Below, one piece after another: positions 25,881-40,669 of a stretch of DNA of 64,000 bases. Origin of the DNA: Eledone cirrhosa (lineage: Eukaryota); the NCBI GenBank assembly GCA_964016885.1, contig OZ024754.1, forward strand, positions 3,906,001 to 3,970,000, in the 5' to 3' direction. A program made the position numbers and the translations under genes. The first letter of the stretch is position 1. Each line of letters starts with the position of its first letter. Below the pieces are notes generated by a model, which saw only the letters and a program-made list of their open reading frames with translations, ran no database searches and had not been told where the DNA came from.

Positions 25881-26995
25881 GAACCAAGAATATAAAGATC
25901 CAGATATATATTTGAACCAAGCATATAAAGATCCAGATAAAGATTTGAACCAAGCATATAAAGATCCAGATAATGATTTGAACCAAGAATATAAAGATCC
26001 AGATAAAGATTTGAACCAAGCATATAAAGATCCAGATAAAGATTTGAACCAAGCATATAAAGATCCAGATAATGATTTGAACCAAGAATATAAAGATCCA
26101 GATAAAGATTTGAACCAAGAATATAAAGATCCAGATAATGATTTGAACCAAGAATATAAAGATCCAGATATATATTTGAACCAAGAATATAAAGATCCAG
26201 ATAAAGATTTGAACCAAGAATATAAAGATCCAGATAAAGATTTGAACCAAGAATATAAAGATCCAGATAATGATTTGAACCAAGAATATATAGATCCAGA
26301 TATATATTTGAACCAAGCATATAAAGATCCAGATAAAGATTTGAACCAAGAATATAAAGATCCAGATATATATTTGAACCAAGAATATAAAGATCCAGAT
26401 ATATATTTGAACCAAGAATATAAAGATCCAGATAAAGATTTGAACCAAGAATATAAAGATCCAGATATATATTTGAACCAAGCATATAAAGATCCAGATA
26501 AAGATTTGAACCAAGAATATAAAGATCCAGATATATATTTGAACCAAGAATATAAAGATCCAGATATATATTTGAACCAAGAATATAAAGATCCAGATAA
26601 AGATTTGAACCAAGAATATAAAGATCCAGATAATGATTTGAACCAAGAATATAAAGATCCAGATATATATTTGAACCAAGAATATAAAGATCCCGATATA
26701 TATTTGAACCAAGCATATAAAGATCCAGATATATATTTGAACCAAGCATATAAAGATCCAGATATATATTTGAACCAAGCATATAAAGATCCAGATATAT
26801 ATTTGAACCAAGCATATAAAGATCCAGATATATATTTGAACCAAGCATATAAAGATCCAGATATATATTTGAACCAATAATATAAAGATCCAGATAAAGA
26901 TTTGAACCAAGAATATAAAGATCCAGATATATATTTGAACCAAGAATATAAAGATCCAGATATATATTTGAACCAAGAATATAAAGATCCAGATA
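25881..26995. repeat. 33-bp minisatellite, about 34 copies, inside a degenerate SINE
   Basis: Unit TTGAACCAAG(A/C)ATATAAAGATCCAGAT(ATATAT/AAAGAT/AATGAT); constant 33-bp period from 25881 to 26970. Confidence 0.97.
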
Positions 26996-27116
26996 GAACG
27001 TAATGACATTTTATCCAGCATAATTTCACCCATAAAGCTTGAGTCGTCCTAAGACTAATGAAAATAATTTTACCCAACATACCAATCATTTGTATTGTTA
27101 GTGTTTAGCTTAAAAT

Positions 27117-27500
27117 TCTCTTCCTCTACCTCCCTCTCTTCCCCCACTTTCTCTGCCTTTGTCTCTGACTTCTCCCCCTCTATCTCTGTTTCTTTCCCCT
27201 TTCTTATGTATGTAGTTATGTATGTATATATGCATGTATACAAAGACGAGTATGTGTGTCTGTGTCTTTGCTTACGTAAAAAAATATCTCCCTCTACCTC
27301 CACCTCTCTCTATTCCTCCTCTATCACTACCTCTGCCTCTGTCTCTGACTTCTCCCCCCGCCCTGTCTCTCTCTCCCTCTCTCTCTCTTTCCTCCTCTGT
27401 CTTATGTATGTGTATGTATGTATGTATGTATGTCTATATGCATGTATATCAAGACGAGTAAGTGTGTCTATGTCTGTATGTTTGCATAAAAAAAAAATAT
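27117..27500. repeat. Imperfect tandem duplication (about 170-210-bp units)
   Basis: CTCTGCCT.TGTCTCTGACTTCTCCCCC and TATATGCATGTATA..AAGACGAGTA.GTGTGTCT.TGTCT each occur twice in the same order. Confidence 0.75.
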
Positions 27501-28009
27501 TTCAGATATATCTAGAGACCTACATCAATATAAACCTCTGCACAAAAATCACGATCTCATCACTCTTCTGTTAGCACACCATCATCATCATCATCATCCT
27601 CATCATCATCATCATCGTCGTCATCATACTCAACTACAATAACAACATTTCCAACAATGATAAAAAGAGAACAAAAAAAAAAAAGAAAAAAAAAACAAGT
27701 ATAAAAATATAAAAACATCAACAACAACAACAACACCATTATCAACAGCTACAATTCAACAGTAAGTATTAAACAGAGGAATTATGCATATTCCATTGCT
27801 GCTCTCTTTTCAGAAATATTTCCGAACTCATTTACATATTTTCACTTTAGGAGGAGATTCTCTCTCAATTTTGTATAATAAATAAAATAATTCTCTGGCA
27901 ATATTGGACGCAATATGACTTGAGGGAATACCTTCCGGGCAATGTTACATTTTTCAACATCAATAATTGCTTTTCACGTTACTTTAATTTCTATAATTTT
28001 ATTTGCAAA

Positions 28010-28077
<68 letters not shown>

Positions 28078-28091
28078 TGTATATATGTATG

Positions 28092-28148
<57 letters not shown>

Positions 28149-28180
28149 TTATTTAATACACACACACATATATATATATA

Positions 28181-28235
<55 letters not shown>

Positions 28236-28243
28236 TATTTATG

Positions 28244-28296
<53 letters not shown>

Positions 28297-28328
28297 ATAT
28301 GTGTGTAGGTATGTTTGTATGTATGCAT

Positions 28329-28376
<48 letters not shown>

Positions 28377-29213
28377 GGCTAGCAGAAAAGAGGGTCTGTG
28401 TGAGATTGTGTGATTGAGTAAAAGAGAAAGAGAGGAAAGACGGTAAAGGAAGAAGGGAGGTAGATAAATATATAGATTGATAGGTAGATACAGAGTAAAA
28501 GACATGGAGGAACACTGAATTAGATAGAATGTGAGAGAGCGAATGTTAGTAGGGTGTGATTTAAAAGGCTTTGTTAGAATTAATTGTAAAACATACATAG
28601 AAAATTGATAGAATTATATATGTGGGAAATAAACGCTAAGCTAGATAGATATTAATATATACTGTATAATGGGACATGTAGAGATTTATGGTCTGAGGAG
28701 AAGAGGAGAGTAACATGTATGGGAACCATTCAGGTAGAGGGGAAATATAATGAGGATAGAAATAGATAGAGAAATGAGAAGTTGATCTAGAGATGGAAAA
28801 ATTTATTGTAGGAAAGAAGGATATCGAGAAATGGGGAAATAATGAGGAAAGTATACGGCGTTGGTGCATAGAAACATATAGAGGGTTATAGGACGTCATA
28901 GGAAAAAATATATAATACACAATTTATACGTTATTGTTTGAGAGAAAGTCAGAAATGGGAGAGAAATAGATTGATAAATATATAAACTGTCGATATATAG
29001 AAAGATATCGAGAGTAGGAAGATATCATGAAGAAATATAGATAGACTGAGAGATGTACAAATTAGATAGATAAGCAGGTATATAAATATATAAATAAAAT
29101 AAATAGAGATATATGTTTTTTAATGAAGATAGATTAGGAGGTGTAAGAAGGTGATTGAGAAAGAGAGAGATAGAGAGCAATAGAAAGAAATAGAAAGAAA
29201 TAGAAAGAGGGGT

Positions 29214-29244
<31 letters not shown>

Positions 29245-29926
29245 GCGGGGGAGAGAGACAAAGAGAAAGGGAGACTGAGAGAGATGGATGAGCAATTTAA
29301 CGGACATACTAACAAGTAATTGGCATATTATGAAAAATAGTTACGGTATGCTGTATATAAGTGAAAATAAAATAAAAAATAAAAATAGAAAGAAAAAAAC
29401 AGAAAAAGAACAAAATAAAAAAAAAACAAAAAAAAAACCCCCTTAAACAACAAAACAAAAATATAATAACATAGCATTAGGACAAATATAAATATAAATA
29501 TACAAAGTAACTTATATAAAATTGTAAACGAAAAGTGAACAACATAATGACTGTTTATTTTCATCAAATTATACTTTAATTTATTTATAATTGTACGATG
29601 AAATATTATTTTAGATGTAAAATCATTCTCAACATATTTTCTATTTGATTTCCGGCAATGCAGTACGTTTCGTGTCATACTTATGGCAACTAAGTCAAAT
29701 TAGAACTACTCCAAATTTCTTTAAGCACTTTCTCCCTGCAATTTATTCTGTACGCATCCGGTTTCGGTATATTGTAATGGAATGGTGGCCAGAGGCGATA
29801 AGTTTTCAATTCAAAGAACTTGTAGAAAAATTCTAAAATCTCTAAAAATTCTCTGCAACCAAATAAAATATAATTTGTCTTGCACATATTTGCATATGTA
29901 TGTATGTGTGTGTGTGTGTGTGTATG

Positions 29927-30050
<124 letters not shown>

Positions 30051-30250
30051 CATATATATATATATATATATATATTCATATATATATATATACATACATG
30101 TATACACATACATACATACATATACATATATACATATATATATACACATACATATATACGTGTGTGAGCGTTTATGTGTATGTATAGGTATGTATATGTA
30201 CACACACATATATCTCCACGTGTATGCATATATACGCATATATACATATA

Positions 30251-30301
<51 letters not shown>

Positions 30302-30318
30302 TTTTTTTTTTCTTGATG

Positions 30319-30367
<49 letters not shown>

Positions 30368-30935
30368 ATATATTCAAGTGGCTTCAAGCTTTTCGTTTCC
30401 CAGATATACAAAAATATAGAACCGTCTTATGGTATGGAAACTCGATTTTCGCTCATATATTTCCTAACATGGAAATTGTTTTCTTTTCATATTTTCTCTG
30501 AATATAATATGCATAACTTAATGGAACATTTATGAATATTATATGTGTTCTGTATTCCATTGTCGTGTTTCATATTGTTTTCTATATTTGTAATTATAAT
30601 AATGTCCATCCACCACAATTCTCTCCAAACATTTTATTGTTGGTGGTGTATAAACATCATGTCAGCCCTGTTATCTAAATAGAAGAAAAGGAGAAATGGT
30701 CTTAATTCCTTATGGAATCCAATGGACGTCGTTCTAATATACTCTGTGTTTTTCATCTTTGTCGAATGAGCCCAAAACTCACCACGTTGGAACAGCGCAT
30801 ATGTCTTTCACTGAGAGAGATAACATAGGAAAAAAATGTCTGTCTGTGAGTGTGTGTGTGAGAGAAAGAGAGCGGGGAAGAGAGTGGGAGAGAGAGGATA
30901 GTAGGGAGGGAGAGAGAGAGGGTGGAAAGTAGGAA

Positions 30936-30983
<48 letters not shown>

Positions 30984-31469
30984 TGGTAAGGAAGAATCTA
31001 CTCAAGTGTTGAAATGCTACTTTATTTGCCAACCTGGAAAGGCAAGAGTATGAAATGGAAGGAATAAAACCTCACCCGAGAAAGACATAATATACTGGAT
31101 CTCACATAATTGTCTTGCGCAGAATCCTTATGAAGATCCCTGTTGTTCCTACTCCTCAGCGCTGCCTCGTCTATTGCTTTCGTAGACTACATATATTTAA
31201 ATGTATATTTCTAATTTCTATGAAAGTAAGGCAAGGGGTACTCCTTTACATACTATGCAAATAACACATCGGCTGGAGATGCTCATTAGCATATATAGTG
31301 AACTTCACTGTAAAGGGTTAATATGGAACTAATATACCCTAGGTTAGTGCCACTTCTCTTTTACACAAACCAGTCAATTCGGCAATATATGCAAATGTGC
31401 ATTGCTTCTAATAGGACCCGATTGGAGGCGTTTCTGTTAACTCTGCCCCCACGACCCCGGCGTGAATAA

Positions 31470-31575
<106 letters not shown>

Positions 31576-31641
31576 CCATATCACCAATCATGATCGAAAG
31601 AGACCCATTTATTTTCCATCTCTCCCTCAATGGAAAAAATA

Positions 31642-31677
<36 letters not shown>

Positions 31678-31678
31678 G

Positions 31679-31832
<154 letters not shown>

Positions 31833-32413
31833 TATATATATATGATTGTCCAACTTCAAAGTTTGGAATCGATGAACATAATAAAGTTTCAGCAAAGTTG
31901 AAGGTGGGAAGGGTTATTTTTGCGTATAATCTTGCAGTTTATATATCATTCATTGTGGTGCGTGTCACATTTTTATATTTCAAAAGTGTTCTTATGCAGC
32001 TGGTTTTTAAGATTATACTATTTTATAATTCCTTTAAAGGTGACCCACAGTATGTATAGTTCATGTTTTTTTTTATGTAATAACACGAAAGTTTCACATG
32101 TCTACCATGGTTTATTCTCAACAAAACCAAAAAAAAAAAAAAAACCCTCGTAAGCAGCCGAAACTTCCTTGTATTCGAAATCTCTGTAAACTGTATATTT
32201 CAATACAAATTATATTTACCCATTTTACTCTTTATGTTATTTTCATGATTTTATGTTTTGAAATTTTATATTTTTTTCTCTTCACAAATTCACAAATAAA
32301 CTATAATAGTATATTTAAGCATTATACGTACACACAATGATATGAAATACAATATATATGTATATAAACATACGCACACGCATGTATATATATATATATA
32401 CAGGGTTATATAT

Positions 32414-32480
<67 letters not shown>

Positions 32481-32513
32481 CATGGTTATATATACATACA
32501 TATATAGATATCT

Positions 32514-32581
<68 letters not shown>

Positions 32582-32645
32582 ATAAGTATTTACATATAAA
32601 TACACACACATATTATATATATGTACACATACATTTTATATATAT

Positions 32646-32699
<54 letters not shown>

Positions 32700-33149
32700 G
32701 CATACATACATACATACATACATATGTATATACATACATACATACATATGTATATATATATATATATATATATACATTATAGACACCAAAAATATAAAAG
32801 TGGATAAAGAATTATGAAAAGTACTACTGACAAAACATTTGCGTAAAAGATTCAAAAAAATGCATGCGTGAAAATCTTATCGCATCAATAGCAGAGCAAT
32901 GGACTCGCATCAAGCTTGAAATATCACTCTCCGTGCAACAGTTTGTTAGAACGTCAATAAGCACATTTTTGTTCAATAGATTCTATTCAGATGGTAACGT
33001 TAGATTTATGAAACACGTTTCATTTTCATTTGTTCCTGTCAAAATGTTTGTATTTACCAGATTTTATTGATCTATCTACATAGTCTACACTACAGGTTGT
33101 GTTCTCTGTTCTCTGTTCTCCGTGTTTTCTGTTTTATATTTATACTTCA

Positions 33150-33185
33150 CCACATACAAGATCATTTGTATACGTATAATACGGC

Positions 33186-33253
<68 letters not shown>

Positions 33254-33310
33254 ACATACATAGATACAGTTATAAATACATACAAGATCATTTGTATACG
33301 TATAATAACG

Positions 33311-33368
<58 letters not shown>

Positions 33369-33390
33369 GATATAGGTATAAATACATACA
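33150..33390. repeat. Tandem duplication of about 125 bp enclosing (TA)n
   Basis: CATACAAGATCATTTGTATACGTATAATA at about 33153 and 33279; TACATAGATA.AG.TATAAATACATACA also repeated. Confidence 0.8.
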
Positions 33391-33408
33391 TGAATATGTG
33401 TGTGTATA

Positions 33409-33475
<67 letters not shown>

Positions 33476-34604
33476 GCGTGTGTATATGGGCATGTTTGTT
33501 TTTGTATATGAGTGTTTATGCATAATTTCGTGCTTCATAAGAAAGTTTGCATCAATTCCGTGATAATACGTATATACAATTTAGTCTTTAGAAATGTGTT
33601 TTTCGATGTTTAGTATGTCCACAATAACACAATAGACGTATAGAGAAATCATATATATATATATATATGTATGCATATATATATACATACATACTATATA
33701 TATATATATATAAGGGGAGAAGTTTAGAGTGTTGTTTGCATGAATGATTACATCTGTTTCAAACAAATGTGTGGTAGCATCCTCTTGAAGAATAATCACG
33801 AATGTTAAGGTTACATATATACATACATACATATATACATATGTATATATAATAAATATATATATATATATATATTTATTTATTATATATTTGTATATTA
33901 TATAGATATATAAATAGCTACATATATTTATGTATGTTTACCTCTGTATATATATGTATATGTTTATATATATATATAGCAGGACTGTATACAAAAAGGA
34001 AGTAAGATTCAAGAACAACATTGGCATTTACATGACATTACATATCGCCTGTCTTTAACCGCCGTCGGCTTAATGGTTAGAACAGAAACGAAAGTGAAAG
34101 TACAAAGAAAAAATCTGAAATCGTAACAGCAGGAACAACGAAGAAATACAATATTTGAATAATGGAAAGAGTATAGAAAAATGATATGATGGATGAAGAG
34201 AAATAGAAAAAAAAATATTAGTGTAGAAATAAAGAATGCGTCTGGGTATTATAACAGTGTCATACTAGCGATTATATAGTGTAAAATCTAACGTATAGAT
34301 TTGTTTATATTATATACTATTTTCATTCCTTGATAGTGTACATTAAAAGTGTTGCATGTTAGGCGATGATATATGGTGTATTCTTCGAAATAATATCGTT
34401 GTTAATTATTAGAATGATGACTTTATCTTTAAATAAGATTATTTTAAAAGAAGCAGAGAATCTATTGATGGCTAAATGAAATAAGGTAGGTTTGAGTTAT
34501 ATCAAACATATTGGTGATATCAATGGACCTGTTATTTTTATCTAAAGACATTTTTTCCAATTTCAACCCACCCGTACCCTCAATCAATCTTATTTCTCAT
34601 TCTT

Positions 34605-34640
34605 TCTTCTGATGAAGGACTAGCGTCCGAAACGTTAAGA
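34605..34640 (+). ncRNA. Minimal type I hammerhead ribozyme (Penelope-type)
   Basis: TCTT-CTGATGA-A-GGAC(TAGC)GTCC-GAAA-CGT-T-AAGA: stem I TCTT/AAGA, palindromic ACGT stem III, GTT triplet. Confidence 0.75.
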
Positions 34641-35063
34641 CATTCTTCCTGCTATATCAAGCGTTCACCTAATATATCCCTTCCATACAATGTACCGATT
34701 GTGTTGTTATTTCTGTTTACCTCTAACATACATACATATATTTATATATTTATCAATACCTATATCTATCCATCTCTCTCTATATATATATATATCTTTT
34801 TTCTTCACTTCCCCACATGGAGGTTTACTCTTCAACGATGTATTTCTCCAAGGGACATATATGTCCTGAAAATCATATAAAAAAACTGCTTTACAGGGAA
34901 CGTCCCTTTAAAGATTTATTCTTAGCCGGTTCCATGGATTCTCTTTTAACAGCAGTTGCGTTTAGAACTGCATAAGTGAGTGTATCTTTGGAAACCATTT
35001 CCAACGAGATTATTGCTCACCAATTGGTGAAGTCATTGATCACTTGGGAATTTAAACCTCTGT

Positions 35064-35230
35064 GAAGAAGAAGAAGAAGAAGAAGAAGAAGAAGAAGAAG
35101 AAGAAGAAGAAGAAGAAGAAGAAGAAGAAGAAGAAGAAGAAGAAGAAGAAGAAGAAGAAGAAGAAGAAGAAGAAGAAGAAGAAGAAGAAGAAGAAGAAGA
35201 AGAAGAAGAAGAAGAAGAAGAAGAAGAAGA
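35064..35230. repeat. (GAA)n microsatellite, about 55 units
   Basis: Pure triplet run. Confidence 0.98.
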
Positions 35231-37703
35231 ATGTTAGAGGATAAAGTTTGACTGGGCGATATTTGAACACCACGTGCAGGGAATCGAAACTTTATCTCCC
35301 AAGGCAGATTAACTGACTCCCACACGGCTCTGCAAATTCGTCATTTTATTTGTGTTATTTATTATATAAAAATAAATAATAAATTCTCAAATTAAAGAGA
35401 AATAGATGAGCTACTGGATAGTCATCTAACATCGTTGTTGGAGTTTGTCATTTCGCTTTGTCCGTAACACTTAAGTTAGTACTTATTGTTTTATTTCCAG
35501 TATCTTGTGTATTATTTTTATTTCAAAATCACAACTTACTACTACTCAAGAAATCTTTTATTCACTCCTCTACCACACCACACGCAAACACTCATAAACA
35601 CAAGCAATCACACACAAACACACCTAAACACACACAAACACATAAACACATATAACCACACACAAACACACATAAACACACACAAACACGAACACACACA
35701 AACACACCTACACATACACAAACACATATAAACACACATAACCACACACAAACACATAAACACACACAAACTCACACTCATAAAGATACAGAGACACATT
35801 TACACCCCACACATACACACAAACGTACACACAGAGGCGTATGTTCCTATATACATGCGCACAATATACACACACACTCACACATATACATCTAGTCCCC
35901 CTAACACTAACATCTTCAAATATACAGTAATTTACGCATTTACAGTGCAACAAAATCAAAGAATAACAAAAATAACAAACACAACAAAATCGTCACAAGT
36001 CTTAGACATACAAAATTAGGACTTTAACTATTTATCCATAGGAATCCTGTTATATGTATTTTTTTCCTTTTTATATGCAATTTGAATTTTCGAAAGATGT
36101 GAAAGCAAAATCTTTTAGTCGGCCAGCTTTAAGAGGAAGTGTATATAAAGATAAAACAACAACAATAAAACGAAAACCTACAACAACAGTGACAGAAACA
36201 ACAACGAAAACAATGTAATTACAATGAGAAGTGGAAATAAATAGACAATGAGTGTAAGAAACGGTAACACATAAAACTCCTTAGCCCGAAAGATGTAAGA
36301 ATTTTTCAAAACATACATCATTATAACAAAATAAAACCGTAAAAACCACTACATGACAGTATGAAAGGATTTGTAAGCGGATTACGTATATTTACTTTAA
36401 TAACGATAATACTACTACGAATAAAACTAATATTAATGATAATGTTTATCCAATTCTTTTCAAATCTTTATATATTTTCTTTCTGCTATATTTATATGTT
36501 TATGTTCTTGCTCCTTTTTCATTATTTCTTTACGATTTTAGCAATGAATTATCTGCCTTGTTTCTTCCCCTCTCGCCTGTTTAAAGAAACAAAAATTAAC
36601 AATGTTTCTCTTTATTTTGCTGCTGTATTGTATTGTTTTGCTATTGTGTCGTTTATCATGTTGTTGTTGATGTTGTTATTGTACTTTATTGCATTCTCTC
36701 TAAAGTTATTCACTGTTCACTTCAATTCAATCTACTTTTAATATCTCATTAGCAAATTTTTATTTAATTTTATTCGTATAACATAATCTACATTTTCTTC
36801 TTCTTCTTCTTCTTCTTCTTCTTCTTCTGTTCAACCACCTCCTCCTTCTTCTTCTTCTTCTTCTTCTTCTTCTTCTTCTTCTCAACCTTCTCTTACTTCT
36901 CCGTCTTCTTCTTCTTCTTCTTCTTCTTCTTCTTCTTCTTCTTCTTCTTCTTCTTCTTCTTCAATCCCATTATTATTATTATCATCATCATCATCATCAT
37001 CATCATTATTATTATCCTGAATACATTTTCAAATGACCTCTCATTTTGATTCATAATAATATTACTACTACTTATTTATATATATATATAGTGTTTGTTT
37101 GTTTCATTAATGTTCCTTTTTGTTTCAATGCTATTATTATTGTTATTTTATATTATTTATTTTAAATTATTCTTCTCATTTCTAGCAGAACTAATCCAAT
37201 TTAACCTTTTTGCATATTAAATTTTCAAATTAAATTTTAATTATTGATTTTATTTGTTGTTGATTCTTTGTTTTTCCCCCAACATTTTATATAATTTGTT
37301 TGTATTTTTTTTTAGTATTTTTTTTTTCCTGAAAGGAATTTCTGCAATTATCTGTTAAATGCTTTATTACGTTTTAGCATTCAAACTTAAAAATAACAAA
37401 ACTCTCTTAAAAAACAAACAACAATGAATATATATACATCATTTCAGCTATATAGCTAAAGAAACTATTGCGTAATCCGAACATTGAAATAAATACGTAT
37501 ATACACAAACTGACAAACAAACAAATGTACACACACACAGACACATACACACATACACACGCATATATATCACAGTAAGGAGACCAAGATGTTAATTATT
37601 GAATTATTCTTTACTAATTATGGAATTATTCAGATATCATAATAACAATAACAAAAACATCATCGCCAACAACAAAAGCAACAACAACAACAACAACAAC
37701 AAC

Positions 37704-37734
<31 letters not shown>

Positions 37735-37743
37735 TTAATAATG

Positions 37744-38020
37744 ATTTCTTTATTAACCACAAGGGTTGACACAAAGTATAACATTAAACACAAACACAGG
37801 ACAATACAGGACGGTACAAATGGACATTTCTGCATGTAAAACAACAAAAAAAACAGGGGATGTGACAAAAAAAGAAACAATGAAAAATTCCCCAATAGGG
37901 GGGAGAACTCCGAGAGACGCTCGTGGAGAAAGCCCACAAAAAAGCCACGGTTACCCTGACCGCTAGGGCAAGTGCCCTCTTCCAGTTTTCCTCCCACTAT
38001 GCTACAGACACACGCCCGGA
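37744..38020 (-). mobile_element. 3' fragment of Tx1/L1-like LINE
   Basis: Matches 10117-10210; (ATT)n on both sides in sense orientation; 3' end similar to that of the 55201 element. Confidence 0.6.
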
Positions 38021-38030
38021 GTAATAATAA

Positions 38031-38244
38031 TGGTTTCTTATATAGGCACAAGGCCAGCAATTTTTGGGGGAAGGAGAAAGTCGATTAAATTGTCCCCAGT
38101 GCGAGACTGGTACTTTATTTTATCGACCCCGTAATGATGAAATGCAAATTTCACTTTGGCGGGATTTGAACTCAGAACGTAAACGTCTGTAACTCTATGC
38201 TGCAAATCATGGTGTCCGGTGCTCCGCCGGTACTGCCAATCCAC
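38031..38244 (-). mobile_element. tRNA-derived SINE, long subfamily
   Basis: Core match plus extra ATTTAATCGACTTTCTCCTTCCCCC segment in the 3' part. Confidence 0.85.
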
Positions 38245-38607
38245 AAGGGTTTGCATGTTAAATACAATAAACCTAACGGGAGATTTTGTGTGGGGAGAAC
38301 AGACGCTGTTAAATATATAAAAATGTAGGTGGCTGGATTTGATGAAGTGCTAAATAAATATTATAAAACACAAAACAATCAAAATAAGATACGCTATATG
38401 ACATAGAAAAACGTGTTAGAGTCACCTGATGAAACACAAGTATTATACCTCTCGGTAATTTGAGTCAGAAGACACGTCACTTCTGCTCACCCGAAGTCCT
38501 ATGTATTATATATATAACGCTGTAAGCGTTTCTTCTGTGAGTGTATCAACACAATCACCTTCAATCTTTAAACTGATATACTTTTAGAAGTTGATCAACC
38601 CGAGTCC

Positions 38608-39295
38608 TCCCTAAATATTGCTGTACCTAGATATTGCTTTTCCTAAATATTTCTCTCTGCGTCTTTCTCTCCTTAAATATTTCTCTCTGCGTCTCTCTCT
38701 CTCCCTAAATATTTCTCTCTACATCTTTCTCTCCCTAAATATTTCTCTCTGCGTCTTTCTCTCCCTAAATATTTCTCTCTACATCTTTCTCTCCCTAAAT
38801 ATTTCTCTCTGGGTCTTTTTCTCCCTAAATATTTCTCTCTGCGTCTTTCTCTCCCTAAATATTTCTCTTTGCGTCTTTCTCTCCCTAAATATTTCTCTCT
38901 GCGTCTTTCTCTCCCTAAATATTTCTTTCTGCGTCTTTCTATCCCTAAATATTTCTCCTTGCGTCTTTCTCTCCCTAAATATCTCTCTCTACGTCTTTCT
39001 TTCCCTAGATATTACTCTCTATGTCTATCTCTCCCTAAATATTTCTCTCTGCGCCTTTCTCTCCCTAAATATTTCTCTTTGCGTCTTTCTCTCCCTAAAT
39101 ATTTCTTTCTGCGTCTTTCTATCCTTAAATATTTCTCTTTGCGTCTTTCTCTCCCTAAATATTTCTCTTTGCGTCTTTCTCTCCCTAAATATTTCTCTCT
39201 GCGTCTTTCTTTCCCTAAATATCTCTCTCTACGTCTTTCTTTCCCTAGATATTACTCTCTATGTCTTTCTCTCACTATGCATTGCTCTCCCTAAT
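38608..39295. repeat. 30-bp minisatellite, about 22 copies
   Basis: Unit CTCCCTAAATATTTCTCTCTGCGTCTTTCT; a variant pair of units recurs at 38971-39030 and 39211-39270. Confidence 0.95.
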
Positions 39296-39569
39296 CAGAA
39301 CATTCTATGAATTGCAAACACTATGACCACTCGCTCCAGGTTTTGCTCTCGCTCTACCTTGCTCTCTCTGCATTGATCCCCCTTGTTCATTACAATCCAT
39401 AACACTTGCCCGCGCTAGATCCTACGTTCTCTTTGCATTGCTCTTCCTTGCTAATGGTTTCTATATATAATATTCCGTCTTTGTATTGCTCTCTTTATAT
39501 ATTGCCTTCTCTCTCTATATATTGCTCTCTCTATGTATTACTCTCCATATATATTGCTCTCTCTCTCTT

Positions 39570-39637
<68 letters not shown>

Positions 39638-40169
39638 CCTCTCTCTGTATTACTCTCTATATATACATTGCTCTTTCTATGTATTGCTCTCTCTATGTAC
39701 TGCGCTTTCTATGTACTGCTCTCTCTCTCTCCCTCTCTCTCTATCCCTCCCCACTGTCTCTCTCTATATCTCTCACTCTGTGTATGCACTGCTCACTCTA
39801 TATAGTGCCCTCTCGTACTATCGGGTCAGAAGCTTCACTCATCAAGTAAAAGCAAAGCAGTGGATATAATAACCACCACTCCTCTGGCTTCTATAAAAAA
39901 AAACCCTGACCAAATGTCACGAAACCCAACATTTTTGAAGTAAAGTAAACCTGTCTTATTTAAGATCTGCAGGTGTCTCAGTAGTGTATATCATTATATT
40001 AAATTGATCAAAGGAGTTCTGTGAAAATAACCTTAATGGAACTATAAATCAAAATGATTAAACAAATATTTAACACCCAGGCAAACTTTTGGATGCTCTT
40101 TTATTTCGCTTTTACGCCATTTTGAATTGATATACCCAATTTTATATACACACACATACACACGCCCAC

Positions 40170-40213
<44 letters not shown>

Positions 40214-40296
40214 CTGAATAAAGGAACAGAGAACAAAAAACAGAGGCAACACAAATGATATGGTTTTTAATATATATATATATATATATATAGGTT

Positions 40297-40346
<50 letters not shown>

Positions 40347-40588
40347 TATATATATGTTTGTTTGTACATACATATATATATTATACAAACACACACACGC
40401 ACACACTCCTCCCCCCACACACACACATACACACATATATATACATATATACGTATATATGTATGTAAATATGGACGGATGGGTAGATGCTTATATGCAT
40501 GCATGCATGTACGTATACATGGCTGTTTTCGTTTATGTACATACACTCAGTACACCTGCGTGTGCGAAGAATGATCTATATATTCACA

Positions 40589-40669
<81 letters not shown>

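Noticed and set aside
25881-26995. CRISPR-like array
   Set aside because: Repeats are contiguous with only three recurring 6-bp variants, no unique spacers and no cas genes; eukaryotic context.
25763-27089. Long ORFs (322-415 aa) in four frames
   Set aside because: By-product of a 33-bp unit lacking stops in those frames; no unique coding flanks, and the array lies in a SINE remnant.
38618-39310. 230-aa and 141-aa repetitive ORFs
   Set aside because: Translation of a 30-bp minisatellite.
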